A stretch of DNA of 64,000 bases. It comes from a virus. Within the stretch, counting starts at the first letter, position 1, and every line of letters starts with the position of its first letter. Below, one piece after another: positions 52,548-61,314 of the stretch. Location of the stretch: the IMG/VR virus record IMGVR_UViG_3300047496_000382; one strand, given 5' to 3'. The notes under the pieces were generated by a model. That model saw nothing but the letters and a program-made list of their open reading frames with translations, searched no databases and was not told where the DNA came from. The translations under genes were made by a program, and so were the position numbers.

Positions 52548-52742
52548 TTATGCCGGAATTTCTAGGCGTTTCGCGTGTTTCATCTTCCACGCACGCCACT
52601 GGTCGCACTCATCCGTGTGTCACCACCCACCAACCGCGTTGTATGCAAGGCGTGTCTCAAGACTGCAGCCACAAGGACATCCGCTGGGTTCCGGCGGCTC
52701 TAGTTCATCGCCTTCCAGAAGAGCCGGCGTGCGATAGTCCAT
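52548..52742 (-). pseudogene. Small Cys-rich gene with in-frame TGA at 52620-52622
   Basis: MDYRTP...GCPCGC...AVGGW*HTDECDQWRAWKMKHAKRLEIPA*; ATG coupled (TGATG) to the upstream gene. Confidence 0.55.
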
Positions 52743-54376
52743 CATTGCTTCTGACGTGCCTCAACAGTCTTGTTCAGCTGGTGCGCGTCTATGGCCTTGT
52801 TCAACTCACCAAGGACCGCCGCGTCCTCCATCTGCTGGATGTCGTGGATAGCCAGGTCCATGAGTGACATGGGCCGGTCCTCGAGGCCTTCAGCGAAGAA
52901 GTTCCTGGCAAGCTCGATGACGTCTCCGTTGGGGAACTCGAGCGTGAGCACGCGGAAGTCCGGCCTACTCACTAAGCAGTACGAGCCCTTGGGGTGTTCG
53001 CCGTGTGCGCGCCGTGTGGTGTACGGCTTCTTCTCCGGACCGAGTCGCATTACGGCACCACGTGAACCCGCAACTCACCCGACGGCATGGTCGTGTGCTC
53101 GCAGTTGGTTTGGAACATGAAGCCCGTGAAGATGGACCACGCAATCCAGAAGAAGCCATTGCCGACTGCTTTGATGAGTCGCTCTGCCTGTTGTTCCGTC
53201 ATCACTTCGCTCCCTTCAACACCTGCTTGAAGGACATATCGAAGGCGTAATTCCTGCCAGGCTTGAACCCGACGAGCTCGCCTCTCTCATCGTGCACAGG
53301 CACGGACTCTCGCTTCGCCTCGAAGCTCAACGAGATGTCGCCCTTGTCCGCCCTCCCATCCAGGACGTCCTCGATGTGGATGTTGCCGTTCTCATCCTGC
53401 ATCACGATACTGACGCGTATGTGCAGGAACTTGGTCTTGTTCTGCGCCTTGGGCTCGTCGCTCATGTCTCCTCCGGTTCGTAGCGGTAGACCTTCACCAG
53501 CTGGTCGAAGACCACGATGATAAGGCCTGGTGCCTGCAGTTCAATGCGCTTGATGGGCTGAAGGCGCTCGACCAAAAGTATGTGCTCGTCGAGCAGCTGC
53601 AGAAGTGCGAGCCTCTTCTCTTCACTCAAGTTGCTGTCCCACAGCACCAGATACCCGTGGTGCGACCGAGTCGGCAGCATGCTGTGTAGTGGGAGCTCAG
53701 GATTTAGGTCGGTGAGGCTCACAGGGTCAGCTCCGTCTTCTGTGGTGAGAATTCGTGGTCGACGCCGCGCACCACCACGCTGAGTCGCCAGGGATTCGGA
53801 ATCACACGCGAGGCGCACACGACGCTGACGATGCGCCAGGCACGCTCCCCCTGGTGAAGGAGCGTGCCCACGCGCAAAGCACCCTTCGGTGTCCCCTCGG
53901 CGTCAAGGTCCACGACGAGGCCGCGGCCTGTCACCTTGCGGACGTCGTGGACTTTCATGCGCGTTCCATCGACCAGCCACTGCGCTTGAGCCGATTCAGA
54001 ATCGTCGATGTATGCATCCCTAGCTCACGTGACCACTGGGCCAACGTTTGTGTTCGACCCCGAAGGGTGAGGAGCTTACGCTCTGCCTCGGAGCGCTTCA
54101 CTGGTCTCCGATGCCCAGCAAGTAGTTTGTATGATTCCGGCGTGCCTCCCGCAGCTGTTTGAGCTCCAAAGCCATGGCCTCGACGTCGTACCTCTCGAAG
54201 GCCTCCGTCACCTCCTTCAGCGTCTGGATGTAGACGGCCTCGCGCAGCTCTGCGTTCTTACGCGCCTCCGGGTCCGCATGTAACTTCTGGATGCGTCGGT
54301 TCATCCCGATGCGCCCGTTGAGGAACTCCGCGATGCGCTCGAGTGGATAACGCCTGTCTTCTTGTTGTTCCGCCAT
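52742..54376 (-). other. Hypothetical CDS (52742-53050, 53050-53202 membrane peptide, 53202-53465, 53462-53722, 53719-53958, 54098-54376)
   Basis: Coupled ORFs; manual translation for the short one. Confidence 0.55.
53955..54101 (-). CDS. 48-aa stand-alone HTH resembling the DNA-binding tail of HNH homing endonucleases
   Basis: LTLRGRTQTLAQWSRELGMHTSTILNRLKRSGWSMERA; GTGA and ATGA overlaps on both sides. Confidence 0.6.
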   Translation of the reverse strand: MKRSEAERKLLTLRGRTQTLAQWSRELGMHTSTILNRLKRSGWSMERA

Positions 54377-54413
54377 GGTGCAAACCTCGCGAGTCTCCTA
54401 TCGGCAGCCAGTC

Positions 54414-54449
54414 AAAAAAAGAAGCCGCGCCCCGTGAAGGGCGGGCTCC
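54414..54449 (-). terminator. Intrinsic terminator after NADAR
   Basis: AGCC.CGCCC-UUCAC-GGGCG.CGGCU followed by UCUUUUUUU. Confidence 0.8.
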
Positions 54450-54455
54450 TCCTGT

Positions 54456-54947
54456 TCACGCGCCTTTGCGCAGCTCTGTACGTGCTTCGGTGATGGCCTG
54501 CCCGAGCAGGTTCTGGCCTAACCAAGTCGCTTTATTCCAAGCGCGCGGGTCGGCCAGCGAGAGACCGATACCCCAGATTTTGTCGTGTGGACTGGCCTCA
54601 ACGAAGATGTCGGTGTCAGCTGTTGCCAGCAGAAACTCTCTGAGTTTCGGATTCTGCCTGTACTTCTCCATCGTCCCTGCGAGCACAATGGGGTAGCGCG
54701 TCTCTGCCCACTTCGCGTCGTCGTAGTTGCGGACCTTGCGGCCGAACTCCTTCTGCGCTCTTGGATACGGGGACGCCAGAATCTTCGCCCGCACTTCCTC
54801 GTCGCCGAACGTTCGGGCCTTCTCTGCCATCATCCACTGCTCGACGCAGTTGTATTGCTGCCCGTTGAGGAGAAAGACCGAGGGCTCCCAGTTCGACGGC
54901 CAGCCGCCCCAGAAGAGTATGAATCCGTTTCGAGTCACGATGTCCAT
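54456..54947 (-). CDS. NADAR (YbiA-like) family hydrolase
   Basis: FWGG..SNW..S.F...YNCVEQWMMAEKA..FGD, EASPHDKIWGIG, GQNLLGQAI. Confidence 0.93.
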   Translation of the reverse strand: MDIVTRNGFILFWGGWPSNWEPSVFLLNGQQYNCVEQWMMAEKARTFGDEEVRAKILASPYPRAQKEFGRKVRNYDDAKWAETRYPIVLAGTMEKYRQNPKLREFLLATADTDIFVEASPHDKIWGIGLSLADPRAWNKATWLGQNLLGQAITEARTELRKGA

Positions 54948-54964
54948 GGTGTACCTCCATGGTT

Positions 54965-54993
54965 CTTGTGCCCGAACAGCGCTACTTCTTGAC
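54965..54993 (-). promoter_or_regulatory. Phage-class promoter CAAG-N17-CACAAG for NADAR
   Basis: Exact spacing; overlaps the ART stop codon. Confidence 0.65.
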
Positions 54994-55641
54994 GCGCACA
55001 ACCTCGACATTCACCGACGGTGCTGAGATGAGGTACTCGCCCTCGGTGGGGCGGAAGGACTTGCCGATGACGTGTGCGTAGAGCTCGTTGAACCACGGCT
55101 TGGTACGCTCTGGCGGCGCGAGCACCGGAGTGACGCCCTCGCCATCGACGAGCTTGATGATGAGCCCGACCTTGCCATCACCGGCACCAGAGAAGCGGTT
55201 CGTCGCCGCCTCTGAGGTAGACCACGAAGAGAACCCATGATTGCGCGTGACCGGAAGAGCTAGGCGCTGTCCGACCTGGAGTTTGGCGAGTGGGTCGTCC
55301 TTCGGCACCTTGAAGCCGCGATAGATGCCCACAACATCCGAGGGCGCAAGGTCCATCACCTTGCTGAGAGAGTCGCGGTGCTCGAGGAGCTTGCGCGCCA
55401 TCGTTTGGCCTGTGTACCAGCGCCGTGCACTGTGCAGTGTCTCGAAGAGCTTCTCAGGTGTCGTCTCGCTCATGTGTGCGATGGCGGCATCACGGTGCGG
55501 ACTCTCCCAGTTGTGTATCGAGGACACGAAGCTCTCGATGTGCGCCTTCGTTCGCGGCGGCATCCGGTCGTTGCTCTTGATTTTCACCGCAGCAATCTTC
55601 TCGAGCTCATCGAGGAAGGCGCCCCATCGTGTCCGGTCCAT
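54982..55641 (-). CDS. R-S-E class mono-ADP-ribosyltransferase-like protein
   Basis: IYRG ... FSSWSTS ... TEGEYLI catalytic triad pattern; leaderless TAGACT at 55648-55653. Confidence 0.75.
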   Translation of the reverse strand: MDRTRWGAFLDELEKIAAVKIKSNDRMPPRTKAHIESFVSSIHNWESPHRDAAIAHMSETTPEKLFETLHSARRWYTGQTMARKLLEHRDSLSKVMDLAPSDVVGIYRGFKVPKDDPLAKLQVGQRLALPVTRNHGFSSWSTSEAATNRFSGAGDGKVGLIIKLVDGEGVTPVLAPPERTKPWFNELYAHVIGKSFRPTEGEYLISAPSVNVEVVRVKK

Positions 55642-55666
55642 ACGTGCAGTCTACAACATGCACCGC

Positions 55667-57750
55667 TCACTCCTTCGGTTCCCAGTTGAGAGGGGACCAC
55701 TTGAGCATCTTCTCGATGAGCTCCGCCGTCGCCTTGAGCAGCCCGCTTGCGATTTGAGCCGCGACAGCACGGTCGTCGCCAGGTCCACCGTCGAGGATGT
55801 ACTGGTGCGCCTCCGCCTTCATCCAAGCGGCGATTTCGGCGCGCATCCGCTGACCGCCGGCGATGAAGGATGTCTTGTCGTAAGCCTCTTTCTCTTCACG
55901 CGGACGCCCTTTGGTGCCGGGCAACGTCGCGAACGCGTGAGGGTCTCCGTCGAGCTTGTTCGCGTGGATGAGGCCGTTGAGACTGGCGCGCAGGCGTTGC
56001 GCGTCGGTGACGATGCCGAGCCTGACCGTAGGAAGGTCGTTGCCTTCCTCGGAGCGCGGCAGCACCTGCACGTTCGGCTGGCTCGCTGTGGTGCGCCCGC
56101 TGGTGACCAACAGCGTGCCCAAGGGCTGATTCAGCCCCTTGAGGCGCCACTCGGGAACGCCAGCGGCGATGCAAGCACGGCAGAGGAAGAGCGTGTTGCT
56201 GGCGCTCTCCGGGTTGACCCCGCACGTCGAGCAAAGCCCGAAGCGTTCGGCCACCTCCATGGCTTCGACGCGCAGGTCGTGGGCGAGGAACGGGAACTCC
56301 ACCTCGCAGGCACCAGCGTAGGCCAGGAGCGCCGCTGCCGAGAACTTGTCGTGGTGCTTGTCGAGCATGAAGAAGGAACACTTCTCGTGCTTCCCCCCGG
56401 GCACGGAAGTCCCGTCGAGGCGCGTGACCTTGTACTTCGAGTAGGCGCCTCGGCGCCGGTCGGTCGCTCTGCTCATGAAGTCTCCTTCTGGATGGCGTCG
56501 TACGCCTTCTTCTTCAACGGCGGCGGCAGTCGCACGATGATGGAGCCCTTGGTGCCGATGACCTCGCCGGTGTCTCCCTTGCCGGTGAACATCGCGACGA
56601 AGCGCCAGTCCCCGCCAACCCCGGCCCAGGTGACGCCGCCCTTCTCCCACTTCTTCACGCTGGCGAGCGCCTTGTCTGCCTCGGCGACGATGGCGGCCAT
56701 CTCCGTCGGCGTCACGAGCAGGTCATGCCTGCAGCGCGCGCCTGTTCCCGGGCTTCGTCAGGAGTGACGCCCAGGTCCGAGGCAACGAGCTGCCAATGGT
56801 GACTGTCCAGGTGCATCCCCATCGCGTCGATGAGCCGTGCGATGGGCGCGGGTTCCGGCTTGCTTGTGAGGAGCGCGTCGACATTGGAGATGAGCGAGTA
56901 CGGGAAGTGCCCCGCCAGCTCCTCCTGCTGCAGGCGTTTGTACATCTGGCGCAAGTAGAAGAGCGCCTTCTCGCCGCCGACCGGCTGCATCGGTCCTGGA
57001 CCATTCGGCGGCGGGTGAACAGGGCAAGGCCCCTCGCAGTGGTCATCACAGTTGCAGCGCGCAGTCGGCTCCGCACCTTTGGCCAGGCGCGTATTGATGC
57101 CCCGGCGCAGCAGCAACGGCAGCTGCGTGTGCGCGTTGTGGCTCTCGAGGTGGTCGTGTAGCCGTTTGAGCAGCGCGAAGCTGGAGAGCTCCGCGGCGTC
57201 GTGGACGGTCATCACCTCTTCCTGCTCAGCAGCCGGTGCGGGCAGCTTCTGCTCCAGCGCGTCGCCGATGCGCTCGAGGGCGCGAATGAGCTTGGGCACG
57301 TGCCCATCGAAGAACATTCGCCCCATCACCGTTTCGAAGAATTGCGGTCCCATCAGTTCCTCTTTTCCAACACGCCATTGTCAATGAGTAGCCCCTCGAT
57401 GCGGTCGAGCTTGTAGGCGGTGTTGACGGCCTCGCTCTCGATGCCGTCGAACTTCTTCTTATCGACCACCGTCTCGGTGATGCGTTCGAGCAGCAGACGA
57501 AGCTGCCGCTCGTTGAGCTTCTTCAGGTTCTTCTTGTAGGACTCGCCCATGGCTACCTCCCGTGGGTCTTGAGCTCCATCTCGACCCACTGAACGATTTT
57601 GTCGTAGGTGTTTGCCTCTCCGAACGCGCGCTCCTTACTGAGCGGGTCAGTGAAGTCACGAGCCATCTTCCTGCTCTGGGCGCGCTTGTTCTTCAGCAGC
57701 TTCAGGAGACGCCCGAGTACCGCCGGTGTCGATTCGACAACCATGGTCAC
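55667..57750 (-). other. Five hypothetical CDS (55667-56476, 56473-56715, 56712-57353, 57353-57550, 57553-57750)
   Basis: Coupled ORFs; 55667-56476 has the GGKHEKCSFFMLD..HDKFSAAALLAYA motif common in phage hypotheticals. Confidence 0.6.
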
Positions 57751-58916
57751 TTCCCCACCACGGAGCCAAAGAGTTTGCCCGCCTCACGCTGGAGCTCGAG
57801 CTTCCGCTCCAGGTCGTCGACCTTGTTTGCGATGTTGCCGACGACAGAAGCTGCCCACCACAAATTAGCGACGCGCTCGCTGCCCTCGAACGAGATGGGC
57901 GGCAGGTCGATGATGGTCTCGCCCTTGCCGTCGAGGAGGTTCTGCACCGACTCGACGTCGGCCTTGCCGAGGAAGCGCGAGAGCTGCGTCTTGAGCTTGC
58001 TCCAGGGAATCTTCTCCTCGTGGGCCACGCGCACGGCCTCGACGAGCTTGGTAACGACGCGCTCGGAGAGCTGCTCCTTCACGGCGTCGCCGATGGCACC
58101 CTGCTGAGCGATGACCTCCTTGCGGAGTGTATCCTCCGACAGCTCGAGGTCGCTCTCCTCGATGACGCTGCCGATGTGGATGCGGCTGATGGTCTGGTCG
58201 AGCACCGTGGAGGTGGCCGAGGCCACGCGCCAGAGCGTCATGCAGACCGACAGCTTGCCGGCGCCGAAGTCGCTGTTGCTCCACTCGACACCCATGCAGA
58301 CGTACTCGCCAGGGAACGCCTCGTAGACCTCGGGCAGGAGGCACTTGAGGGAGACGCGCACGTCGGTCGCCACCGCCTCCACCGGGCGCGCGCCCGAGGC
58401 ACGGCAGGCCTCGACGAACGCGCGCAGCAACGGCACACTGGCGAGGTAGCGGTTGTAGCGCCGGCTCAGGAAGCCACGCAGCTCATTGCCGACGATGCGG
58501 TGGAGGAAGCGCACCTGGGCACCGTTCTTCTCCGTCCACTTCGGACGAGCGAAGAGCTCGTTGAGGTTGTGCGCTGCGAGCTCGCGACGCCACGCGACGG
58601 TGGTGTACGTCTCGTTCGCTGCCGGGTTGAGCAGACTGCCTGCGTACTGGAGCGGGAAGCCGACCTTCGAGCAGAGCTGCGAGAAGGCGTGCTTGTGGAT
58701 GGAGAGCCCCGTCTCGCCGATGTCGAGGCGCAGCCCGGCCATGTCGAAGTAGCACGAGAACTTCATCGTGCTCGGCGCGACGAGCTTGTCCACAATCACC
58801 ATTTTCTGGACCGACGCGATGAGTGCGGCCTCTTGTTGTGCTCCGGCGAGGAAGCGCTGCTCCATGCGACGGGTGGCGTTGTCACGAAGCTCGAACAGAT
58901 TTCCCTGAGTACCCAT
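57747..58916 (-). CDS. DUF932-like protein
   Basis: AFSQLCSKVGFP..YA, LRGFLSRRY, GVEWSNSDFGAGKL patterns. Confidence 0.6.
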   Translation of the reverse strand: MGTQGNLFELRDNATRRMEQRFLAGAQQEAALIASVQKMVIVDKLVAPSTMKFSCYFDMAGLRLDIGETGLSIHKHAFSQLCSKVGFPLQYAGSLLNPAANETYTTVAWRRELAAHNLNELFARPKWTEKNGAQVRFLHRIVGNELRGFLSRRYNRYLASVPLLRAFVEACRASGARPVEAVATDVRVSLKCLLPEVYEAFPGEYVCMGVEWSNSDFGAGKLSVCMTLWRVASATSTVLDQTISRIHIGSVIEESDLELSEDTLRKEVIAQQGAIGDAVKEQLSERVVTKLVEAVRVAHEEKIPWSKLKTQLSRFLGKADVESVQNLLDGKGETIIDLPPISFEGSERVANLWWAASVVGNIANKVDDLERKLELQREAGKLFGSVVGK

Positions 58917-58945
58917 GGTCGTTCTCTTCTCTCGTTGGTCGGGGA

Positions 58946-59401
58946 CTACTTCTTCGTTTGCGCGCGTGCGGTCTCTTGCGCGAGGCGGTGCAACTCCTCG
59001 TCGACGAGCGCCTGAAAGCGACCAGGCAGCGTCTTCAGGTACTGCTGGATGTCGTACTTCTTCAGCAGGTCGACCACGATGCGATGTGCCGTCTCACCGA
59101 CAGCACGGTTGCTCGCCTCTTGCAGCCAGCGGTCGGCGTTGTTCTCGAAGTAGTGGTCCGCCTTCGCACGGAACACAGCACTTCCGACATACGCCGCGCC
59201 CTTGCTCTCGGCGTAGGCCCCCACATGCTTCCACATGTGCTCGCTAGCCGCCTTGGGAAGTAGCTCCAGCACCGCGGCGGTGAAGCGCTTCCACATCTCC
59301 TTGTCTTCGACTTGGAGCATCCGGCGAACCAGCTTGTTCGCCATCTGATGGTTGCAGTAAGCGAGCAGCGCGCGTGCAGCTCAAGTGTCACTTGTTGCCA
59401 T
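58946..59401 (-). CDS. Hypothetical protein; strong SD/ATG at 59401 with in-frame TGA at codon 7, second ATG at 59344
   Basis: GGAGG-ATG GCA ACA AGT GAC ACT TGA GCT...CAG ATG GCG AAC, all in one frame. Confidence 0.55.
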
Positions 59402-59415
59402 GCATCCTCCCTCAG

Positions 59416-59453
59416 TCAAAAAGAAACGGGGCCAAGCAGTACGCCTGGCCCCG
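59416..59453 (-). terminator. Terminator downstream of tmRNA
   Basis: ACGGGGCCA...UGGCCCCGU followed by UUCUUUUU. Confidence 0.8.
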
Positions 59454-59476
59454 TCTACCTACTTCTTCTATTTTCG

Positions 59477-59846
59477 TGGACCTGAAGGGAGTCGAACCCT
59501 TGTCCGCAAGAGCGCTACAGAAATCTTCATTCACGTGCGTAGGGAGTCTTGACCTCTTCGGCTCCCGTGGTGCCCGTCTCTCCGGGCTGTCCACGCTCTT
59601 CTTGTTCTCCCCCACCCGAGTCAAGTGGTCCGTGTTTGCGGAGCTGGAGTTCCAGCGGAATAGCTACCCTCTGGGGTTACACCGCCGAGGCTACTGGGTG
59701 CTGTTTCACCCTGGCGATGGCTCAGGCCGCGAGGCGCTGGGCGACTTCGTTGTCGTTGGCAACTAGCGTTGCTCGAATTGAAGGATACGAGCGCCCCTTG
59801 CACGCAGACTTCCGTTCTTCTCCCACGTCGAAACCGGGACAGGCCC
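59477..59846 (-). ncRNA. ssrA: tmRNA; tag ORF 59760-59722 = ANDNEVAQRLAA*
   Basis: 5' GGGCCUGUCCCGGUUUCGAC; 3' GCGGACAAGGGUUCGACUCCCUUCAGGUCCA; G3:U70 alanine pair; UAGUU before the GCC resume codon; tag ends LAA; 370 nt. Confidence 0.95.
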
Positions 59847-59869
59847 TTTCAAGAACTACTTCTACTACT

Positions 59870-60061
59870 TCACTTCTTCTTGTCCAACTGTTTCATCAGT
59901 CGCATCTCGAGCTCGGCGAAGTCCACGCCCGTGACGACGAAGGGGTCCTTTCGTGTGAAGGCATCACGCAAGCGGCGCCCGAATTCGGTGCGCAGCGGGA
60001 GGTTCTGTAGCGCCGGCACATCGCTCACGCGGCGGCCGGTCTCGGTCACTCGAGTGCTCAT
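59870..60061 (-). CDS. 63-aa protein matching the DNA polymerase I palm segment (TGRLSS motif through motif A)
   Basis: TETGRRVSDVPALQNLPLRTEFGRRLRDAFTRKDPFVVTGVDFAELEMRLM vs Pol I [51 protein letters not shown]; TGATG-coupled to the sigma gene. Confidence 0.8.
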   Translation of the reverse strand: MSTRVTETGRRVSDVPALQNLPLRTEFGRRLRDAFTRKDPFVVTGVDFAELEMRLMKQLDKKK

Positions 60062-60849
60062 CAATCATCCTCCAGGTTCAGGCCCATGTGCTGCCGAAGA
60101 GTCGCACCCATCTGCGTCTTCAGCTTGCTCACCTGCGGCGCCGTCATGTTCATCTTCTTGGCGAGCTCGTTGGTCGAGGTGATGTGCGCGTAGCCGTTCG
60201 TGCCGAAAACGTGGTTGAAGAGTGTGTGGAGATGCGGCTGGTTCGGGAAGATGTCGGGCAGGATGTTCTGCGCGATGGCGATTTGCTGCTCCTCGAACTC
60301 GAGCGGGTGCTGCCGGCTGGTCGGGTCCGTCTCGAAGGCGCTCGAGGGAACGTCGCCGGAGCGCGCGGCCTGGATGCGGCCAACGAGCTTGGCCGAGAGT
60401 CCCATGTGCCCGCCAATCTCCTCGTGCGTCGGCTGACGACCCAAGTCCTGGCGCAGCGTGTCTTCTGCCTTGATGAGCTTGCCGATGTGTCCTGAGACAC
60501 CCTCCGGCACGTAGCCGATGTTCTGGTGGCGGTTGTTGTACCGCATCGCCTTCTGCAGCCGTGTGTGCACGTGCGTATTGAGCGCCGCCCCTCGGTTCGG
60601 GTCGTACGTCTCGAACGCCTTGATGAGGTGCTTCTGGAGCTCCGCGCGCATCGAGGCCTCGGGCACGTTCGGCGCGCGGTACTGCGTCATCTTCTGCGCG
60701 ATGACGGGCTTGTAGAGGTCGAGCAGCGGCGACAAGTCCTCGGGCTTCTTTGAGGTGCGCCACGTGTTGAGGAGCTCAATCTCGTGCTCCTTGCGATTCT
60801 TCTTCTGCGCCTCTTTGCCTTGGAGGTACTCGTTGACGGGGTTCGACAC
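60061..60849 (-). CDS. Phage RNA polymerase sigma factor (sigma70 family, FliA/SigF-like architecture)
   Basis: Region 2 AFETYDPNRGAALNTHV; region 3 LGRQPTHEEIGGHMGLS; region 4 TNELAKKMNMTAPQVSKLK. Confidence 0.85.
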   Translation of the reverse strand: MSNPVNEYLQGKEAQKKNRKEHEIELLNTWRTSKKPEDLSPLLDLYKPVIAQKMTQYRAPNVPEASMRAELQKHLIKAFETYDPNRGAALNTHVHTRLQKAMRYNNRHQNIGYVPEGVSGHIGKLIKAEDTLRQDLGRQPTHEEIGGHMGLSAKLVGRIQAARSGDVPSSAFETDPTSRQHPLEFEEQQIAIAQNILPDIFPNQPHLHTLFNHVFGTNGYAHITSTNELAKKMNMTAPQVSKLKTQMGATLRQHMGLNLEDD

Positions 60850-60857
60850 GGCGTCTC

Positions 60858-61280
60858 CTAGATGGTGAGGCTGATTTTCACGTAGTCGAGTGACTTCTGC
60901 AGCTCGAGGGTGGCGTCGAGGTACAGAGTATCCCCACGCACCTCGGCGTTCGTCACCGTGCTGCCCGGCGGGAAGAGGAAGTCCTTGGCTATGCTGACGA
61001 TGGCTTCAGAGAGCCCTGACATCTTCCCGCCGGGCAGCACGGTGACGAACGCCTCTACCGCGAGCGAGAGGGGCTCGAACGCCGGCACCATCATCTCTTC
61101 GACGCGCACCAGAGCCGCACGCTCGTCCCGCTCCTCTTCACGCTGGTCAGCGCCGCGCGCGTAGCACGCCGACGCTTCTATGCGTGGGTCCGCAAGACAA
61201 AGAAAGACCACCGGACCGTGCTGTTCAGGGGGGACCAAACATTGGTGCACGTGCCGGTGGTCGGGGTGGAACTGTACCAT
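60858..61280 (-). CDS. Hypothetical protein containing the 32-bp inverted repeat
   Basis: ORF track (refined start). Confidence 0.55.
   Translation of the reverse strand: MVQFHPDHRHVHQCLVPPEQHGPVVFLCLADPRIEASACYARGADQREEERDERAALVRVEEMMVPAFEPLSLAVEAFVTVLPGGKMSGLSEAIVSIAKDFLFPPGSTVTNAEVRGDTLYLDATLELQKSLDYVKISLTI
60945..61053. repeat. Perfect 32-bp inverted repeat with 45-bp spacer
   Basis: ggcgttcgtcaccgtgctgcccggcgggaaga (60945-60976) and its exact reverse complement (61022-61053). Confidence 0.95.
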
Positions 61281-61314
61281 CACACCCTCTTCCGCCCAAC
61301 CTGGGCGAGCGGTG

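Noticed and set aside
59341-59420. TTGACT-N17-AACAAG as a promoter
   Set aside because: The -35 is part of the terminator U-tract and the -10 overlaps an SD/ATG; fits neither promoter class well.
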